From positions 10,465-74,464 of the IMG/VR virus record IMGVR_UViG_3300035180_002703: 64,000 bases of DNA; one strand, given 5' to 3'. The notes under the pieces are model-generated. The model saw only the letters and a program-made list of their open reading frames with translations, was not told the origin of the DNA and did no database searches. Source of the stretch: a virus. Numbering within the stretch: the first letter of the stretch is position 1; each line of letters begins with the position of its first letter. Positions 9,423-19,552 of the stretch are shown here, one piece after another. Both the position numbers and the translations under genes were made by a program.

Positions 9423-11912
9423 ATGCCCGAGGTTATCGGTGTATCAAGAGTAATCCTACAGCCGTTGCATCAGATGTGGACGATGCAGCGCAAGCCTCCA
9501 GCCGCCTTCACGGACTTTCTGGGGCAGTATGGCGCGCTTGGGTTCCCGCAAGTAGACGCGAATGGAATGACGGGCACCCAAACGCAGCATATGGAGATGA
9601 ACCCAGTAGCCGGATGTGTCCATGCCCGTCGGATATTCGTGCCACACAACAACACCATTGCATCCGGCGGAGACCCCTATGTAGTGCATTGCCCAAGGAC
9701 AGGGCTCCCAAGTATTCCTTGGAGTGTGGTTTATACGCGTGATGATGATACGTTTGATGAAGTTGTCCAAAGCGAATTGCATCCGCCGGGCTTCTGCGAG
9801 TGCGGCGTTATCCTCCATTGCGATGGGTATCTCCTCCCGGATGCACCCGCCGATGTAATTGCGAGCGCATATTTGCATGCCAGAGCGACTCTGTCCTCTC
9901 CATGCCAAGGGTTCACCGCATTACTGCTGCCGATTTTTCCGCAAATGACTGACACGGAAGAGGATAACCACCTCGACGTGTCGTGTGCGCTGCGATGGCG
10001 GTTGTATGGCGCGTTTTTTGACGAAGGCCCCTACAGGTGGTATTCGCTATCATTTCGCCCCGCCGGCGATGTGCGATTGGGATACAACGACTATGTCGAC
10101 TCCGACGGAGAGCCCGTGGCGGATACGTGGGTATGGATGGATAGCCCCGCAGTTGGGTCTAATTTGGGCACTCTATTTGCTGGGCAACCCAACCTAAGCT
10201 CCGAGTCGTTCATGGCGTGGGCGGGAGACGAAGCGGGTACTTATCCGTCACATTACGAACGCTCGTATGAATCAGACAATCAGATAGAAGTCCTGCTGAT
10301 GGGCGGGAACATGCTCGTCACCATAGGCTCTGGGCATACCCCGTGGGTCGTGCCGCTGATAGGGACCGACCGGTACGGCAATCACCTCTGGGGGGTGGAC
10401 TCGTTCGCTGTTGTGTCGTGGGGATGTTTCCATCACTTCTGGTCTGTTCACCCTACGAAATTCTACACAGATGCCACGATGGTGTCTAACGAGCAGAACC
10501 TTGGGTTCGTGCCCGACTATGCCCAGAATGAAACATATGTAATTCATTGCGGCCCAGACTTTGGCGCTGGGCGAACGGTGGGGTCAACCGGGTGGATACC
10601 CGCCGGCTCACCGGTCAGCGCCCAAAGAGAGTATTTGAATGGCACCAACCTGGTATATCGGTTGAACATCAGCAATGAATCGACAGGGACATGGAACGAT
10701 AATGACTACGCCGATTACACGGCAGCTGTACGCGGCGTTTCGGCGTTCATGCCAGGCATTACCTATCGCAGCGGGGGCGGAGCGGTTGCTGTTGCGCCGG
10801 AAGTCATCACGGTTAGTCACTCATTCAACCTGTCTGACCTTTCGATTACATCGCAGGCGCAGATCACCGTCAACAACTTTACCGGAGTATGGACAAATGA
10901 TTGGCAATCTGGGTTCCTCGACAATCGCGGCCATGTGGGGATTACGATTGACTTGGGAGTTATGGGTGGCGGGGTATTTCGGCAGTTTACTGGGATCGGC
11001 AATACCCGATACGATGAAGAATGGGGGGCTGGAGGGGAGAACCACATCCGGATTACCTGCCGAGATGGATGGCTGCCGCTAAACACCCCGAGATGGAACC
11101 TGCCGTGGATGGATGGGTGGAATGTTCTCTACGCGTTGGGGTGGCTGGCAGAACACGGAGGGGTATCTCCAGATAGGATCGCGTGGAGGTCGGCAATCCC
11201 GCAGTACCCCTTTGACGAAAACGCGGACGGATCGCCGAGCTACTTCTTGCCGATCGGCCCTGCCGGCACGCCTCTGACGCGGCACACTGGGGGACAGATG
11301 TTGAGTGCCGTAATGAAGAAGATCGCGAACACGATTGGCTGTTTGCTCTTCTTTGACGTGTGGGGAGTGCTTAGGCTGCAGAAGTTTTCCATCCCAAGCG
11401 GGTCGTGGGCAACAAAGACTTTCACCCACACTGCCAACTCTAATTTGTCTGAGATATTCGCCGGGGCGTCGTTCTCTTCGGACCTGTCGGAGGTTCGGAA
11501 CGCAGTAACATGTATCGGCGTGAACGCGATGGGGCCGTTGTGGAACCCGGTCGTTGCGCACTTCACTGACGAAGGAAGCGTATGGAACGATTCGTCGCCA
11601 AACTTCCTGGGATATTACAACCCGCTGGTTTGGGCTGACAACATCTTCTCCGACATCGACTTCGCATCAGAGGCTGCGTATGAGCTCTTGTCCTTCCTGC
11701 GGCTTCCTGCGAAGACAGTCCAGTTTACATCATGGTTCCCGCCGGACCGGCCCATCTATCCTCTAGATTTGGTAAGAATAGTCAACCCAAGAAGCGGCGC
11801 GGGATCGTCCTGGTATAACAACCGTGGCTTCCTTGTTTTGGCTACCCAGATGATGTTGAAGAAGGGCGCACCACCATCGATCACCATAGCCGGTCGGTGG
11901 ATGCCTAACTAG
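9423..11912 (+). CDS. putative tail/baseplate hub-like protein
   Basis: 829 aa; C-terminal LFFDVWGVLRLQ...VRNAVTCIG resembles tail hub proteins; precedes lysis genes. Confidence 0.5.
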   Translation: MPEVIGVSRVILQPLHQMWTMQRKPPAAFTDFLGQYGALGFPQVDANGMTGTQTQHMEMNPVAGCVHARRIFVPHNNTIASGGDPYVVHCPRTGLPSIPWSVVYTRDDDTFDEVVQSELHPPGFCECGVILHCDGYLLPDAPADVIASAYLHARATLSSPCQGFTALLLPIFPQMTDTEEDNHLDVSCALRWRLYGAFFDEGPYRWYSLSFRPAGDVRLGYNDYVDSDGEPVADTWVWMDSPAVGSNLGTLFAGQPNLSSESFMAWAGDEAGTYPSHYERSYESDNQIEVLLMGGNMLVTIGSGHTPWVVPLIGTDRYGNHLWGVDSFAVVSWGCFHHFWSVHPTKFYTDATMVSNEQNLGFVPDYAQNETYVIHCGPDFGAGRTVGSTGWIPAGSPVSAQREYLNGTNLVYRLNISNESTGTWNDNDYADYTAAVRGVSAFMPGITYRSGGGAVAVAPEVITVSHSFNLSDLSITSQAQITVNNFTGVWTNDWQSGFLDNRGHVGITIDLGVMGGGVFRQFTGIGNTRYDEEWGAGGENHIRITCRDGWLPLNTPRWNLPWMDGWNVLYALGWLAEHGGVSPDRIAWRSAIPQYPFDENADGSPSYFLPIGPAGTPLTRHTGGQMLSAVMKKIANTIGCLLFFDVWGVLRLQKFSIPSGSWATKTFTHTANSNLSEIFAGASFSSDLSEVRNAVTCIGVNAMGPLWNPVVAHFTDEGSVWNDSSPNFLGYYNPLVWADNIFSDIDFASEAAYELLSFLRLPAKTVQFTSWFPPDRPIYPLDLVRIVNPRSGAGSSWYNNRGFLVLATQMMLKKGAPPSITIAGRWMPN

Positions 11913-11986
11913 GGTGTACATGCTGATCATCCTGTTGGGTTTTATATGTGGGGAGGCGCAATTCATGTAGAGGTGGGCATTGAACT

Positions 11987-12325
11987 ATGGCAGAGGCTGC
12001 AGCTGGGATCACGCCGGAAGAGCGCAAGGTTGCGCGATACATTGCGACTCACTGGAAAACATTGGTACCAGCATTGGCGGTGATTATTGGCTGGGCAATC
12101 CAGTATCAGGTGGGCAACGCCCAGAACGATATTGAGCATGGCGTTATGAAATCTCAATTGCAGGTGAATGCTGCCGACAATAGGAAAGTGAAAGACGATC
12201 TTCTATCGGTGCGCGTACAAACAGAGCAGGAGCTAGGCGAAGTCAAGGCCGATGTGCGAGAGGTGAAAGCGGATATCCGCGAGGTTCGAGATACTGTTAG
12301 ATGGATTCGTGGCCGCCTAAGGTAG
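11987..12325 (+). CDS. membrane protein with coiled coil (lysis-associated?)
   Basis: One TM segment plus EVKADVR heptads. Confidence 0.6.
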   Translation: MAEAAAGITPEERKVARYIATHWKTLVPALAVIIGWAIQYQVGNAQNDIEHGVMKSQLQVNAADNRKVKDDLLSVRVQTEQELGEVKADVREVKADIREVRDTVRWIRGRLR

Positions 12326-12343
12326 GGCGGAAGGAGCACTGAA

Positions 12344-12712
12344 ATGAGCATTTGGGGTGGGATCGTACGGATGTTTACTCTGCCAAAGAATCGCAACTCG
12401 CTGTCGGATATCCTCGGGCATGACGCTGCGGATGCGATTACGGCTACCGTCAACAGCCTGGTCCAGGAGGCTGCGGCAAGCGCGCTGAAGTCGCTTGCTG
12501 GCAACATTGAACACGGATCGGACAAGATCGGGGTAGAAGTCACTCATGCAGTAACGGGAGCCCTCAAGGGGGTTTCGCCGGTACTGGCTGATACAGTCAA
12601 CGCCGCAGTTGGCGAGGCTATTGGCAATGCGAAGGCTGTTGCGTTGGATGACGTAGAGAAGCTGACGGCAAAGGTTGTCGATCAGGTCTCTGGCGCGCTG
12701 AAGCTAAAGTAG
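12344..12712 (+). CDS. hypothetical protein
   Basis: SD AGGAG, tight packing. Confidence 0.65.
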   Translation: MSIWGGIVRMFTLPKNRNSLSDILGHDAADAITATVNSLVQEAAASALKSLAGNIEHGSDKIGVEVTHAVTGALKGVSPVLADTVNAAVGEAIGNAKAVALDDVEKLTAKVVDQVSGALKLK

Positions 12713-12717
12713 CTGCC

Positions 12718-13179
12718 ATGCAAATGCTTGTTGGGGACGGGTCGTACCTAGCTGTCGGGCTACGCGTTCTGGTTGACGGAGATGACCTGCTGGTCAAGAA
12801 CGTACGGGCGACGTGGTTCGGCGGGAGTAACGACCCGGATGATTCTGGCCTTACGGCGTCTGGCGTCTCGACGCGCGGACGCCCAAATCTTATGGGGTGC
12901 TCCCTGCCTATGGACCTGGGCCCGGGCGCGAAACAGAACCCATGCCACGGATCGCCAATCCCGCGAATCCCCTGGTTCACTCGTGTGCGGGTGTATTCTT
13001 ACGTCAATCAGAGGGTGTTGACCGTCCCGCTTATTGACATTGGGCCTTCTCGGCCACCGATCGCGCACGCACCGATCGACCTGACCCAAGCAGCATATCG
13101 AGCACTCGCCGGGTCGCTGGAGAAAGATTTGAGCGTAGACTTCCGCATCATTGGCGGTGCCAGATATCTACACGGATAA
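12718..13179 (+). CDS. putative endolysin (RlpA/3D double-psi beta-barrel-like)
   Basis: ATWFGG..D...TASG, LIDIGP, IDLTQAAY. Confidence 0.6.
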   Translation: MQMLVGDGSYLAVGLRVLVDGDDLLVKNVRATWFGGSNDPDDSGLTASGVSTRGRPNLMGCSLPMDLGPGAKQNPCHGSPIPRIPWFTRVRVYSYVNQRVLTVPLIDIGPSRPPIAHAPIDLTQAAYRALAGSLEKDLSVDFRIIGGARYLHG

Positions 13180-13184
13180 CAGAC

Positions 13185-13352
13185 ATGCTCAAATTTGCTA
13201 TTCTCACACTGTGCTATGGTATTCTGGCGGCGGCGGCTACATGGACCGTTACGCCGTCGTGGCGTGCCGCGCTCTGGGGTGGTGTCGTGGGGGCCGCCGC
13301 GTACGTCAAGGGCAAGCTCGAAGAGCAGCCGGGTCAAGACAAGGAGGGCTAA
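13185..13352 (+). CDS. small two-TM protein, holin candidate
   Basis: 55-aa ORF MLKFAILTLCYGILAAAATW...GGVVGAAAYVKGKLEE with a charged tail, absent from the ORF track. Confidence 0.55.
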   Translation: MLKFAILTLCYGILAAAATWTVTPSWRAALWGGVVGAAAYVKGKLEEQPGQDKEG

Positions 13353-13658
13353 ATGGCCGCGACGGATAGACAGATGCAGGACTACTGCGACCAGAGGATT
13401 CGCGTGCGAGCCGAACAGGTTCGCGCGCTTCTGGCCGCGATGCAGGACGACAAGGCCGCGATTGACGACGTCTACGCCCGCGCGAACGATCCTAACTCTC
13501 CGTGGGCAGACGCGCGTACGGACGGCCCGCCGCATCTGCTGGTGAGCAGTGACATATTGGCCTACAACACGTTCATCATGGACATGATCGCGGCGATCCA
13601 GAACGACGCGCAGTGGCCTGTGCTATCCAAGGCGTGCGTGAGGCCGGTCGGGAGCTAA
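13353..13658 (+). CDS. hypothetical protein
   Basis: SD AAGGAGG; coupled to upstream stop. Confidence 0.65.
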   Translation: MAATDRQMQDYCDQRIRVRAEQVRALLAAMQDDKAAIDDVYARANDPNSPWADARTDGPPHLLVSSDILAYNTFIMDMIAAIQNDAQWPVLSKACVRPVGS

Positions 13659-13664
13659 TCGGCG

Positions 13665-14984
13665 ATGGCATGGACCGAACGGTACATCACGGCTTCTGCG
13701 CCGGGCGGGGGCGACGGGAGTCAAGGTAATCCGTGGACGCTCGCCGAGGGGTTGACGAACCTCGCCGCGGGCATGCGCCTCAACCTGCTTGTGGGCACGT
13801 ATACGAGGACGGCGGGGATCAACGTCACCGTAGGCGGGCCGCTCGCGATCCAGGGGTATTCGGTAACGCCGGGCGACGGCGGGCGAGCGACGATTGCATT
13901 AGGGAACACGAACGATGGCGGCCTGACGTTCAATGCCGGTTACCAGCAGGCTCGCGACCTTATCCTCACGAGCACCTATGCCGGGGGCAATCAGCTCTAT
14001 GCAGTATCTATGAACGGCACCGGTTGCACTTGCGAACGGGTTATCGCCTCCGGATGGTCTGGCAAAGCGTTCTTCCTGAATGGCAGTGAGGTAAAAACGA
14101 TCCACTGCGAGGCCTATAACTGCTGCACGAATGGGAGTTCCGGCCAAGGCGCGTTCACGATCAACTACGACGGCGGCTGCTCGATCATAAGTTGCATTGC
14201 TCACGATATCAACCCGGCGAACGCAAACTCCCACGGGTTCCTGCTGACGGAGGATAACCAGGGCGCAACGATCGTAGATTGCATTGCGGACACATGCGGC
14301 GGCTACGGGTTCTATATCAATCGCCAGCGAGTAAACCGCATAATCATCAACTGCGACGCGTACAACTGCGCGCTCGGCGGGTTCTATTGCAACGTCGCGT
14401 CGTATACGCCGGTTACCTACCTCAAGAACTGCAACGCGATCAGCAACGGCGGCTATGGCTACGCCTCGGCGCAGGCAGGGAACAAGCTGATCCTGGTGAA
14501 CTGCTTCGATTACGGGAACACATCTGGTCGATTGTACGATACCGGCGGGTGTTCGGACGAGTCGCCGAACAGTCACTATACGGCTGTCCCATATGTCGAT
14601 GGGCCGAATGGGAACTTCGCGCTCGACCGAGTGAACGGCGCGGCTGGGCGCGGGGCGTCTGCCCGATTCCTTCAGACACTCGGCTACACGGCGTCGATCC
14701 CGGCCTCGCGCGACATCGGAGCGGCCCAGCACGCGGACCCTGTACTCGGTCTGCCTGCTGCAGGGTCGCTTTACGCCGGGAAGACCGTCACGGTAGACGG
14801 CACGGCGGCGGTGACTGGCACCCTTCGCGCGTCCAACATCTCGAACCCCGACGCCGCGAACGGGGGCGAGGACCTTTCCGCTCCGATCCTCGGCTCGGGG
14901 CATACCGTTGACGGGATTGCGGGCAGTCTATCCGGCGGAAGCAGCGGCGGCATGGGCGGCATATTCGAAACGATCGTGAGGTAG
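13665..14984 (+). CDS. right-handed beta-helix protein (tailspike/depolymerase-like)
   Basis: GDGSQGNPW start and repeated (I/L)xNCxAxNxxxxGF units. Confidence 0.75.
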   Translation: MAWTERYITASAPGGGDGSQGNPWTLAEGLTNLAAGMRLNLLVGTYTRTAGINVTVGGPLAIQGYSVTPGDGGRATIALGNTNDGGLTFNAGYQQARDLILTSTYAGGNQLYAVSMNGTGCTCERVIASGWSGKAFFLNGSEVKTIHCEAYNCCTNGSSGQGAFTINYDGGCSIISCIAHDINPANANSHGFLLTEDNQGATIVDCIADTCGGYGFYINRQRVNRIIINCDAYNCALGGFYCNVASYTPVTYLKNCNAISNGGYGYASAQAGNKLILVNCFDYGNTSGRLYDTGGCSDESPNSHYTAVPYVDGPNGNFALDRVNGAAGRGASARFLQTLGYTASIPASRDIGAAQHADPVLGLPAAGSLYAGKTVTVDGTAAVTGTLRASNISNPDAANGGEDLSAPILGSGHTVDGIAGSLSGGSSGGMGGIFETIVR

Positions 14985-14988
14985 GGGC

Positions 14989-16836
14989 ATGTACCTGGGC
15001 TCATGGGCGATCAACGACGTTCTAACGTTCAGCGTAAACACGCATTCGTTCTCAACGGGCGTGGCTACGAACGCCGACTCCGCCCCCACCTATCGCGTTT
15101 ACGAGGATAACACGGCTACCCCGATTTTGACCGGGTCCATGAGCGCATTCGATAGTGCGAATGCCGTCGGCCAGTACGTCGCGCAGATAACGTTGAGCGC
15201 AGCGAACGGCTTCGAGGTCGGGAAAACGTACACGATCCGGGTCGCCGCGACCGTCGGCGGAGTAACTGGGGCATGTGTGCGAACGTTCCAGGTCGGGGCG
15301 AAGGTGAACACGACACTGGTAGCCGGTACGGCGCAGACCGCGCGCGACCTAGGGAATGCACTCCCTGCTGCGGCTCCCGGCGCGAGCGGAGGACTGCCAA
15401 CCACCAATGGCTCGAAGCTGCTCCAAACCGCGGACCTGACAGCTGGGCAGACGATCTCGGCGACCGTGACAGACAAAACCGGATTCGCGCTAACCTCCGC
15501 CGAGCATACGCTGATCTCTGGCACCGACGTTCCTGCCGGCCTAACTGCGCAGGGGTATACGACTACGCGGGCGGGCTATCTCGACACGCTCAACGGGATT
15601 GTCGCGGCCATCTGGAATGCTCTGACGTCTGGCATGGCTACAGTGGGGAGCATCGGTAAGCGCATCGCCGACTATCTCGACGTGGCGGTATCCTCGCGCG
15701 GCACGGGCACGGCACTCGACGCTTCGGGCGTACGATCCGCGGTAGGTCTCGCCTCGGCGAACCTCGATACACAACTGAGCGGAATCTCGGGCAAGACGAA
15801 CCTGATACCGGCTTCTCCGGCTGCCGTGGGGTCTGCAATGACCCTCGCGGCAAACTCCGTCAATGCCGCGGCCATTGCGACAGGTGCAATCGACGCCGAT
15901 TCGATTGCCGCCGATGCCGTTACTAAGCTCCAGAACGGGCTGAGCACCTATGCAGGAACCGATACGCCTGGCACGACTACATTGCTTAGCCGATTGTCCG
16001 CAGCGTGGGCATCACTGCTAGACGTCGCAGTGAGCACGCGTGGCACGGGAACGGCGCTTGATGCCGCGGGTGTGCGATCTGCTGTTGGCCTGGCATCTGC
16101 CAATCTTGATACCCAGCTGGGGGGCATAAAGGCGAAGACGGACTTGCTCCCAGCCTCTCCCGCCGCCGTCGGGTCCGCGATGACGTTGGCTGCGAACTCA
16201 GTCAATGCGGCTGCCATCGCGACTGGCGCAATTGACGCCGATTCTATAGCGTCGGATGCCGTTACTAAGCTCCAGAATGGGTTGAGCACGTATCAGGGCA
16301 CGGACACTCCTGGGACAACTACACTGCTCAATCGCCTGTCTGCATCATGGGCTTCACTGCTTGACGTCGCTGTCAGCAGCCGTGGTACAGGAACCGCGCT
16401 AACTGCTGGTGACGTGCGGGCAGCTATCGGGATGGCGACAGCCAATCTTGACGCTCAGCTTGCTGCGTTGCCGACGACGGCGCATATCGACGCCAGGACG
16501 CTGCCGTCTGCAAGCTACGCATTGCAGTCCAGCCTCGATGCCCATCTGCCAGCTGCCATCAAGCGCAATCAGCCGCTCCCGGCGTTCGCATTCCAAATGG
16601 TCGACGCCACTGATCACGTCACGCCCAAGGCCGGACTGACGGTGACCGCGCGGCGCAAACTCGACGGTGGCGCGTGGACCACGTGCACGAACCCGGTGAC
16701 GTTTGATGCCACGGCTCCGGTTCCGACGTACATGATCGACCTCGCGGCGGCGGACCTCAACGGCGCAGTCGTTACGTTGTGCTTTACGGCGAGCGGTGCC
16801 GATCCGCTCCAGCTTACACTACTGACGCAGGCATAG
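14989..16836 (+). CDS. tail fibre-like protein with ~114-aa tandem repeat
   Basis: Ala/Thr-rich; LDVAVSSRGTGTAL three times. Confidence 0.65.
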   Translation: MYLGSWAINDVLTFSVNTHSFSTGVATNADSAPTYRVYEDNTATPILTGSMSAFDSANAVGQYVAQITLSAANGFEVGKTYTIRVAATVGGVTGACVRTFQVGAKVNTTLVAGTAQTARDLGNALPAAAPGASGGLPTTNGSKLLQTADLTAGQTISATVTDKTGFALTSAEHTLISGTDVPAGLTAQGYTTTRAGYLDTLNGIVAAIWNALTSGMATVGSIGKRIADYLDVAVSSRGTGTALDASGVRSAVGLASANLDTQLSGISGKTNLIPASPAAVGSAMTLAANSVNAAAIATGAIDADSIAADAVTKLQNGLSTYAGTDTPGTTTLLSRLSAAWASLLDVAVSTRGTGTALDAAGVRSAVGLASANLDTQLGGIKAKTDLLPASPAAVGSAMTLAANSVNAAAIATGAIDADSIASDAVTKLQNGLSTYQGTDTPGTTTLLNRLSASWASLLDVAVSSRGTGTALTAGDVRAAIGMATANLDAQLAALPTTAHIDARTLPSASYALQSSLDAHLPAAIKRNQPLPAFAFQMVDATDHVTPKAGLTVTARRKLDGGAWTTCTNPVTFDATAPVPTYMIDLAAADLNGAVVTLCFTASGADPLQLTLLTQA

Positions 16837-16838
16837 CC

Positions 16839-17102
16839 ATGATAATCTCCTGGAGTAAACGCGGAACACGATATTTCGATTCAAGTTTCGTGCGTATTCT
16901 ATATGGACGGCTCGCCGCGGCAGTGAATCGCCGCAAGGCAGTGCGGATAGTGCCATCCATCCTAGCCGACAGCATTGCCAAAAGCTCGTGTCTTGACATG
17001 GAAACGTTAGTATCGTCGGGTGCGATTGTCCGTGATATGGGGGTTGACATAGAAACGTTAGCATCGGCAGGGCCGGTTGTTGCTGGCGCGGAGGTGGAGT
17101 AG
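16839..17102 (+). CDS. hypothetical protein
   Basis: Fills the gap between coupled genes. Confidence 0.5.
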   Translation: MIISWSKRGTRYFDSSFVRILYGRLAAAVNRRKAVRIVPSILADSIAKSSCLDMETLVSSGAIVRDMGVDIETLASAGPVVAGAEVE

Positions 17103-17431
17103 TGGATAGAGTTTCCCTAATCAAAGGAGAGTCCCGCGCCATCAAGGCTGTGGTTCGCACGACGCCCGGACAGACGTTGCAGATCACAGGCACTCCCACC
17201 TATGAGCTGACCGATGGGAATGGTGCTATGGTTTCATCCGGGAACTGCGGCGGATGGGACACTGACGCCAAACAGGCCCCGGAGGCATATGCCCTGATAG
17301 CGACGGCGGCTGTGGACCCGGGTGCATATGATCTTCTGGTTACAATGGACGTTGTAGACTCGAACTCGGTGCAACAGAGAGTAAAAGTCCATTGCGTCAT
17401 AGAGGTCATACATCACCCGCCGTGGCCATAG
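17102..17431 (+). CDS. small Ig-like virion protein
   Basis: beta-rich, PGAYDLLVT. Confidence 0.55.
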   Translation: MDRVSLIKGESRAIKAVVRTTPGQTLQITGTPTYELTDGNGAMVSSGNCGGWDTDAKQAPEAYALIATAAVDPGAYDLLVTMDVVDSNSVQQRVKVHCVIEVIHHPPWP

Positions 17432-17443
17432 AGCGGAGGCATT

Positions 17444-18526
17444 ATGCGTAAGATACAGAGGCTGTATCCACAACACGTGCTTGCAATGAATGAGCAGTGG
17501 GCGGCATTAGCGAGCGATCGTAGCCGCCCACTAGTAGAACTAGAAGCTAAAGCTAGAGAGATAATCCCAAAAGTCGGACATGCAACGGTATGGCGAGCCA
17601 GAAGTCTAGTCCTGGAAGGCAAAATCCCCGCACCGGGTTCCCTCAAACGATACGACACACCCCACGTCGGTGACAAAAAGATCGGGGACATTGACTGGCG
17701 GGAAATGCTGAATGCCACAAAGGAGTTTCAGCAGTATCGCAAAACAACATCGTGGAGCAATGATCAGGCGACATGGGAACTGGACACAGACCAGGAGGTC
17801 GGCATTGCCATTATCGGAGATTGGCACTGGGGTTCTTGGGGCACCGACTATTCGCTGATCGAGCGGTTGACGGACGAAATTGTAAACACCCCGAACCTTT
17901 ACATAATCGTCGTTGGCGATATGGAGCAAATGGCAATCCGTCTCCGTGGTGTTTCAGAAGTTACTGACAACATGTGGCCTCCGGAATTGCAGCATGCATT
18001 CACGGAGTCTTGGCTCAAGACAGTAAAAGACAAGATCGTCTGCGCATGTTGGGACAACCACAGCGTAGAGCGAGAAGAGCGAGGATCGGGCACATCTGTC
18101 TACAAGTGGATCATGTCAAGGCATGTTACCTACTTCAACGGCATTGCCCATGTGGACGTCCGCATAGGCAGGCAAATGTACCGGTTTGCCGTTTCGCACA
18201 GGTTTCGCGGTTCCTCAATGTTCAACCCTACGCATGCCCATGGCAGATACATTCGGCAGGAGGGACATGATAGGGAGATTGTTGTCGCGGGTGATACGCA
18301 CGAGCCGGGAATGATGCAGTGCATGATCGGCCAAAGACAGCGAACGCTGCTCAATTGTGGGTCGGCGCAGGTGGACTCGGGGTATGGCAAGCGATACTTT
18401 TCGCTCAAGACTGCAGAGGTGTTCCCAATGGTGGCTTTGCGACCGGACATACACAGAGTGACGCCATACTGGTCGATTACCCACTGGCTACGAATAGCTG
18501 GCCATGAGGATCAGCAGGAGGGATAG
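17444..18526 (+). CDS. calcineurin-like metallophosphoesterase
   Basis: GDWHWG, VVGD, DNH, GDTH. Confidence 0.8.
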   Translation: MRKIQRLYPQHVLAMNEQWAALASDRSRPLVELEAKAREIIPKVGHATVWRARSLVLEGKIPAPGSLKRYDTPHVGDKKIGDIDWREMLNATKEFQQYRKTTSWSNDQATWELDTDQEVGIAIIGDWHWGSWGTDYSLIERLTDEIVNTPNLYIIVVGDMEQMAIRLRGVSEVTDNMWPPELQHAFTESWLKTVKDKIVCACWDNHSVEREERGSGTSVYKWIMSRHVTYFNGIAHVDVRIGRQMYRFAVSHRFRGSSMFNPTHAHGRYIRQEGHDREIVVAGDTHEPGMMQCMIGQRQRTLLNCGSAQVDSGYGKRYFSLKTAEVFPMVALRPDIHRVTPYWSITHWLRIAGHEDQQEG

Positions 18527-18528
18527 CG

Positions 18529-18786
18529 GTGTCGGAATGTGGATGTGATCGCGGGCAAGACGGCGGAGACGTTGTGAACCATCCGAGGCACTATTGCCGG
18601 GGCGGGATGGAGGCTAAGGACATTATAGCCGCAATGATGCCACCCGAACTAACCGGGTATCAATGCTGGTGCTGGGGGAATGCCATGAAGTATATGCTCC
18701 GGCTCGGGTGTAAAGGCCCTGCGCTCGAAGACTTGGACAAGGCGTTGGTGTACCTGCGATGGCTGCGGGAGTCATTGCGCAGGTAG
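18529..18786 (+). CDS. DUF3310 family phage protein
   Basis: VNHPRHY...GNAMKY..R...K...EDLDKA..YL. Confidence 0.85.
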   Translation: MSECGCDRGQDGGDVVNHPRHYCRGGMEAKDIIAAMMPPELTGYQCWCWGNAMKYMLRLGCKGPALEDLDKALVYLRWLRESLRR

Positions 18787-18809
18787 CCGCCTTCAAATAG
18801 AATAACCCG

Positions 18810-18895
18810 AAAGTGATCAAGGCCCTGCCATCCGTGGCGGGGCCTCTATGTATCACCATACGAACAGGCAATACTTGCCTGCTTACGGCTTGATT
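18810..18895 (-). ncRNA. candidate small RNA carrying a variant leader motif
   Basis: Follows a minus-strand promoter, begins UCAAGCCGUAAGC plus a hairpin, ends at the terminator; no ORF with SD seen. Confidence 0.45.
18820..18845. terminator. hairpin terminator, possibly bidirectional
   Basis: AGGCCCTGCCA/TGGCGGGGCCT stem at the end of the late gene block. Confidence 0.55.
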
Positions 18896-18901
18896 GGTGA
18901 C

Positions 18902-18930
18902 AGTATACCACAACCCAAATGGCATGTCAA
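18902..18930 (-). promoter_or_regulatory. leftward sigma70 promoter
   Basis: TTGACA-17-TATACT with extended TG. Confidence 0.7.
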
Positions 18931-18966
18931 GCCTTTTCCGCGAATTTTCGAAACTTTCTCGCTGGC

Positions 18967-18995
18967 TTGACTTTTCCGGGAAGGCGTGATATAAT
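18967..18995 (+). promoter_or_regulatory. sigma70 promoter
   Basis: TTGACT-17-TATAAT with extended TG. Confidence 0.85.
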
Positions 18996-19030
18996 ATACC
19001 AGTCAAACAGAACGATCAACGGGGGTAAGA

Positions 19031-19348
19031 ATGCGAGAGGTAGTTGACTGGAAGCTGTATGACACAGCTAATGCCATTCGTGTAGCTGACTTGGGTGATG
19101 ACACGGAGGGCACTACCGAATGGATGGCCGGGCTTTACTGGGAGCCGAACATGGCGGAATGGTTTCTGGCAGGATTTGGCAGGTCAGAGTCCCCGCTGGC
19201 GATTGAGACAGAGGCAGGCAAGAAGTCTAACTTCGCTGGGATCAAGCCAATGTCTCAACGCGAAGCTGAGGATTTCGTGGATCGGTTTGGGGATGATGAA
19301 GCACGTCGTGAGCTAAATGACTTTCTTGCTAATGGCAGGAAGGACTGA
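19031..19348 (+). CDS. hypothetical protein, YDT paralog family
   Basis: VVDWKLYDT...LY...WFL, shared with 20693, 25704, 26061. Confidence 0.7.
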   Translation: MREVVDWKLYDTANAIRVADLGDDTEGTTEWMAGLYWEPNMAEWFLAGFGRSESPLAIETEAGKKSNFAGIKPMSQREAEDFVDRFGDDEARRELNDFLANGRKD

Positions 19349-19376
19349 GGCGCAATAGCGCAGAATGGAGGGGGAA

Positions 19377-19526
19377 ATGGACCAACACATGGCGGATGAC
19401 TTCTTCGGGCTTGCCGTTGCACTCGCAAGGGCCAAGGCTGACGAAGTGGCGATTGAGTCGGCGTTGATGTCGCTTGTGCAGACCGAGAAGCAGAATGCCA
19501 ACGACAAGCAAAAGCTTGATAGCTAG
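19377..19526 (+). CDS. small hypothetical protein (49 aa)
   Basis: SD GGAGG; MDQHMADDFFGLAVALA. Confidence 0.5.
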   Translation: MDQHMADDFFGLAVALARAKADEVAIESALMSLVQTEKQNANDKQKLDS

Positions 19527-19552
19527 CTAGCTATCGCGAAAGGAGAGGGACA

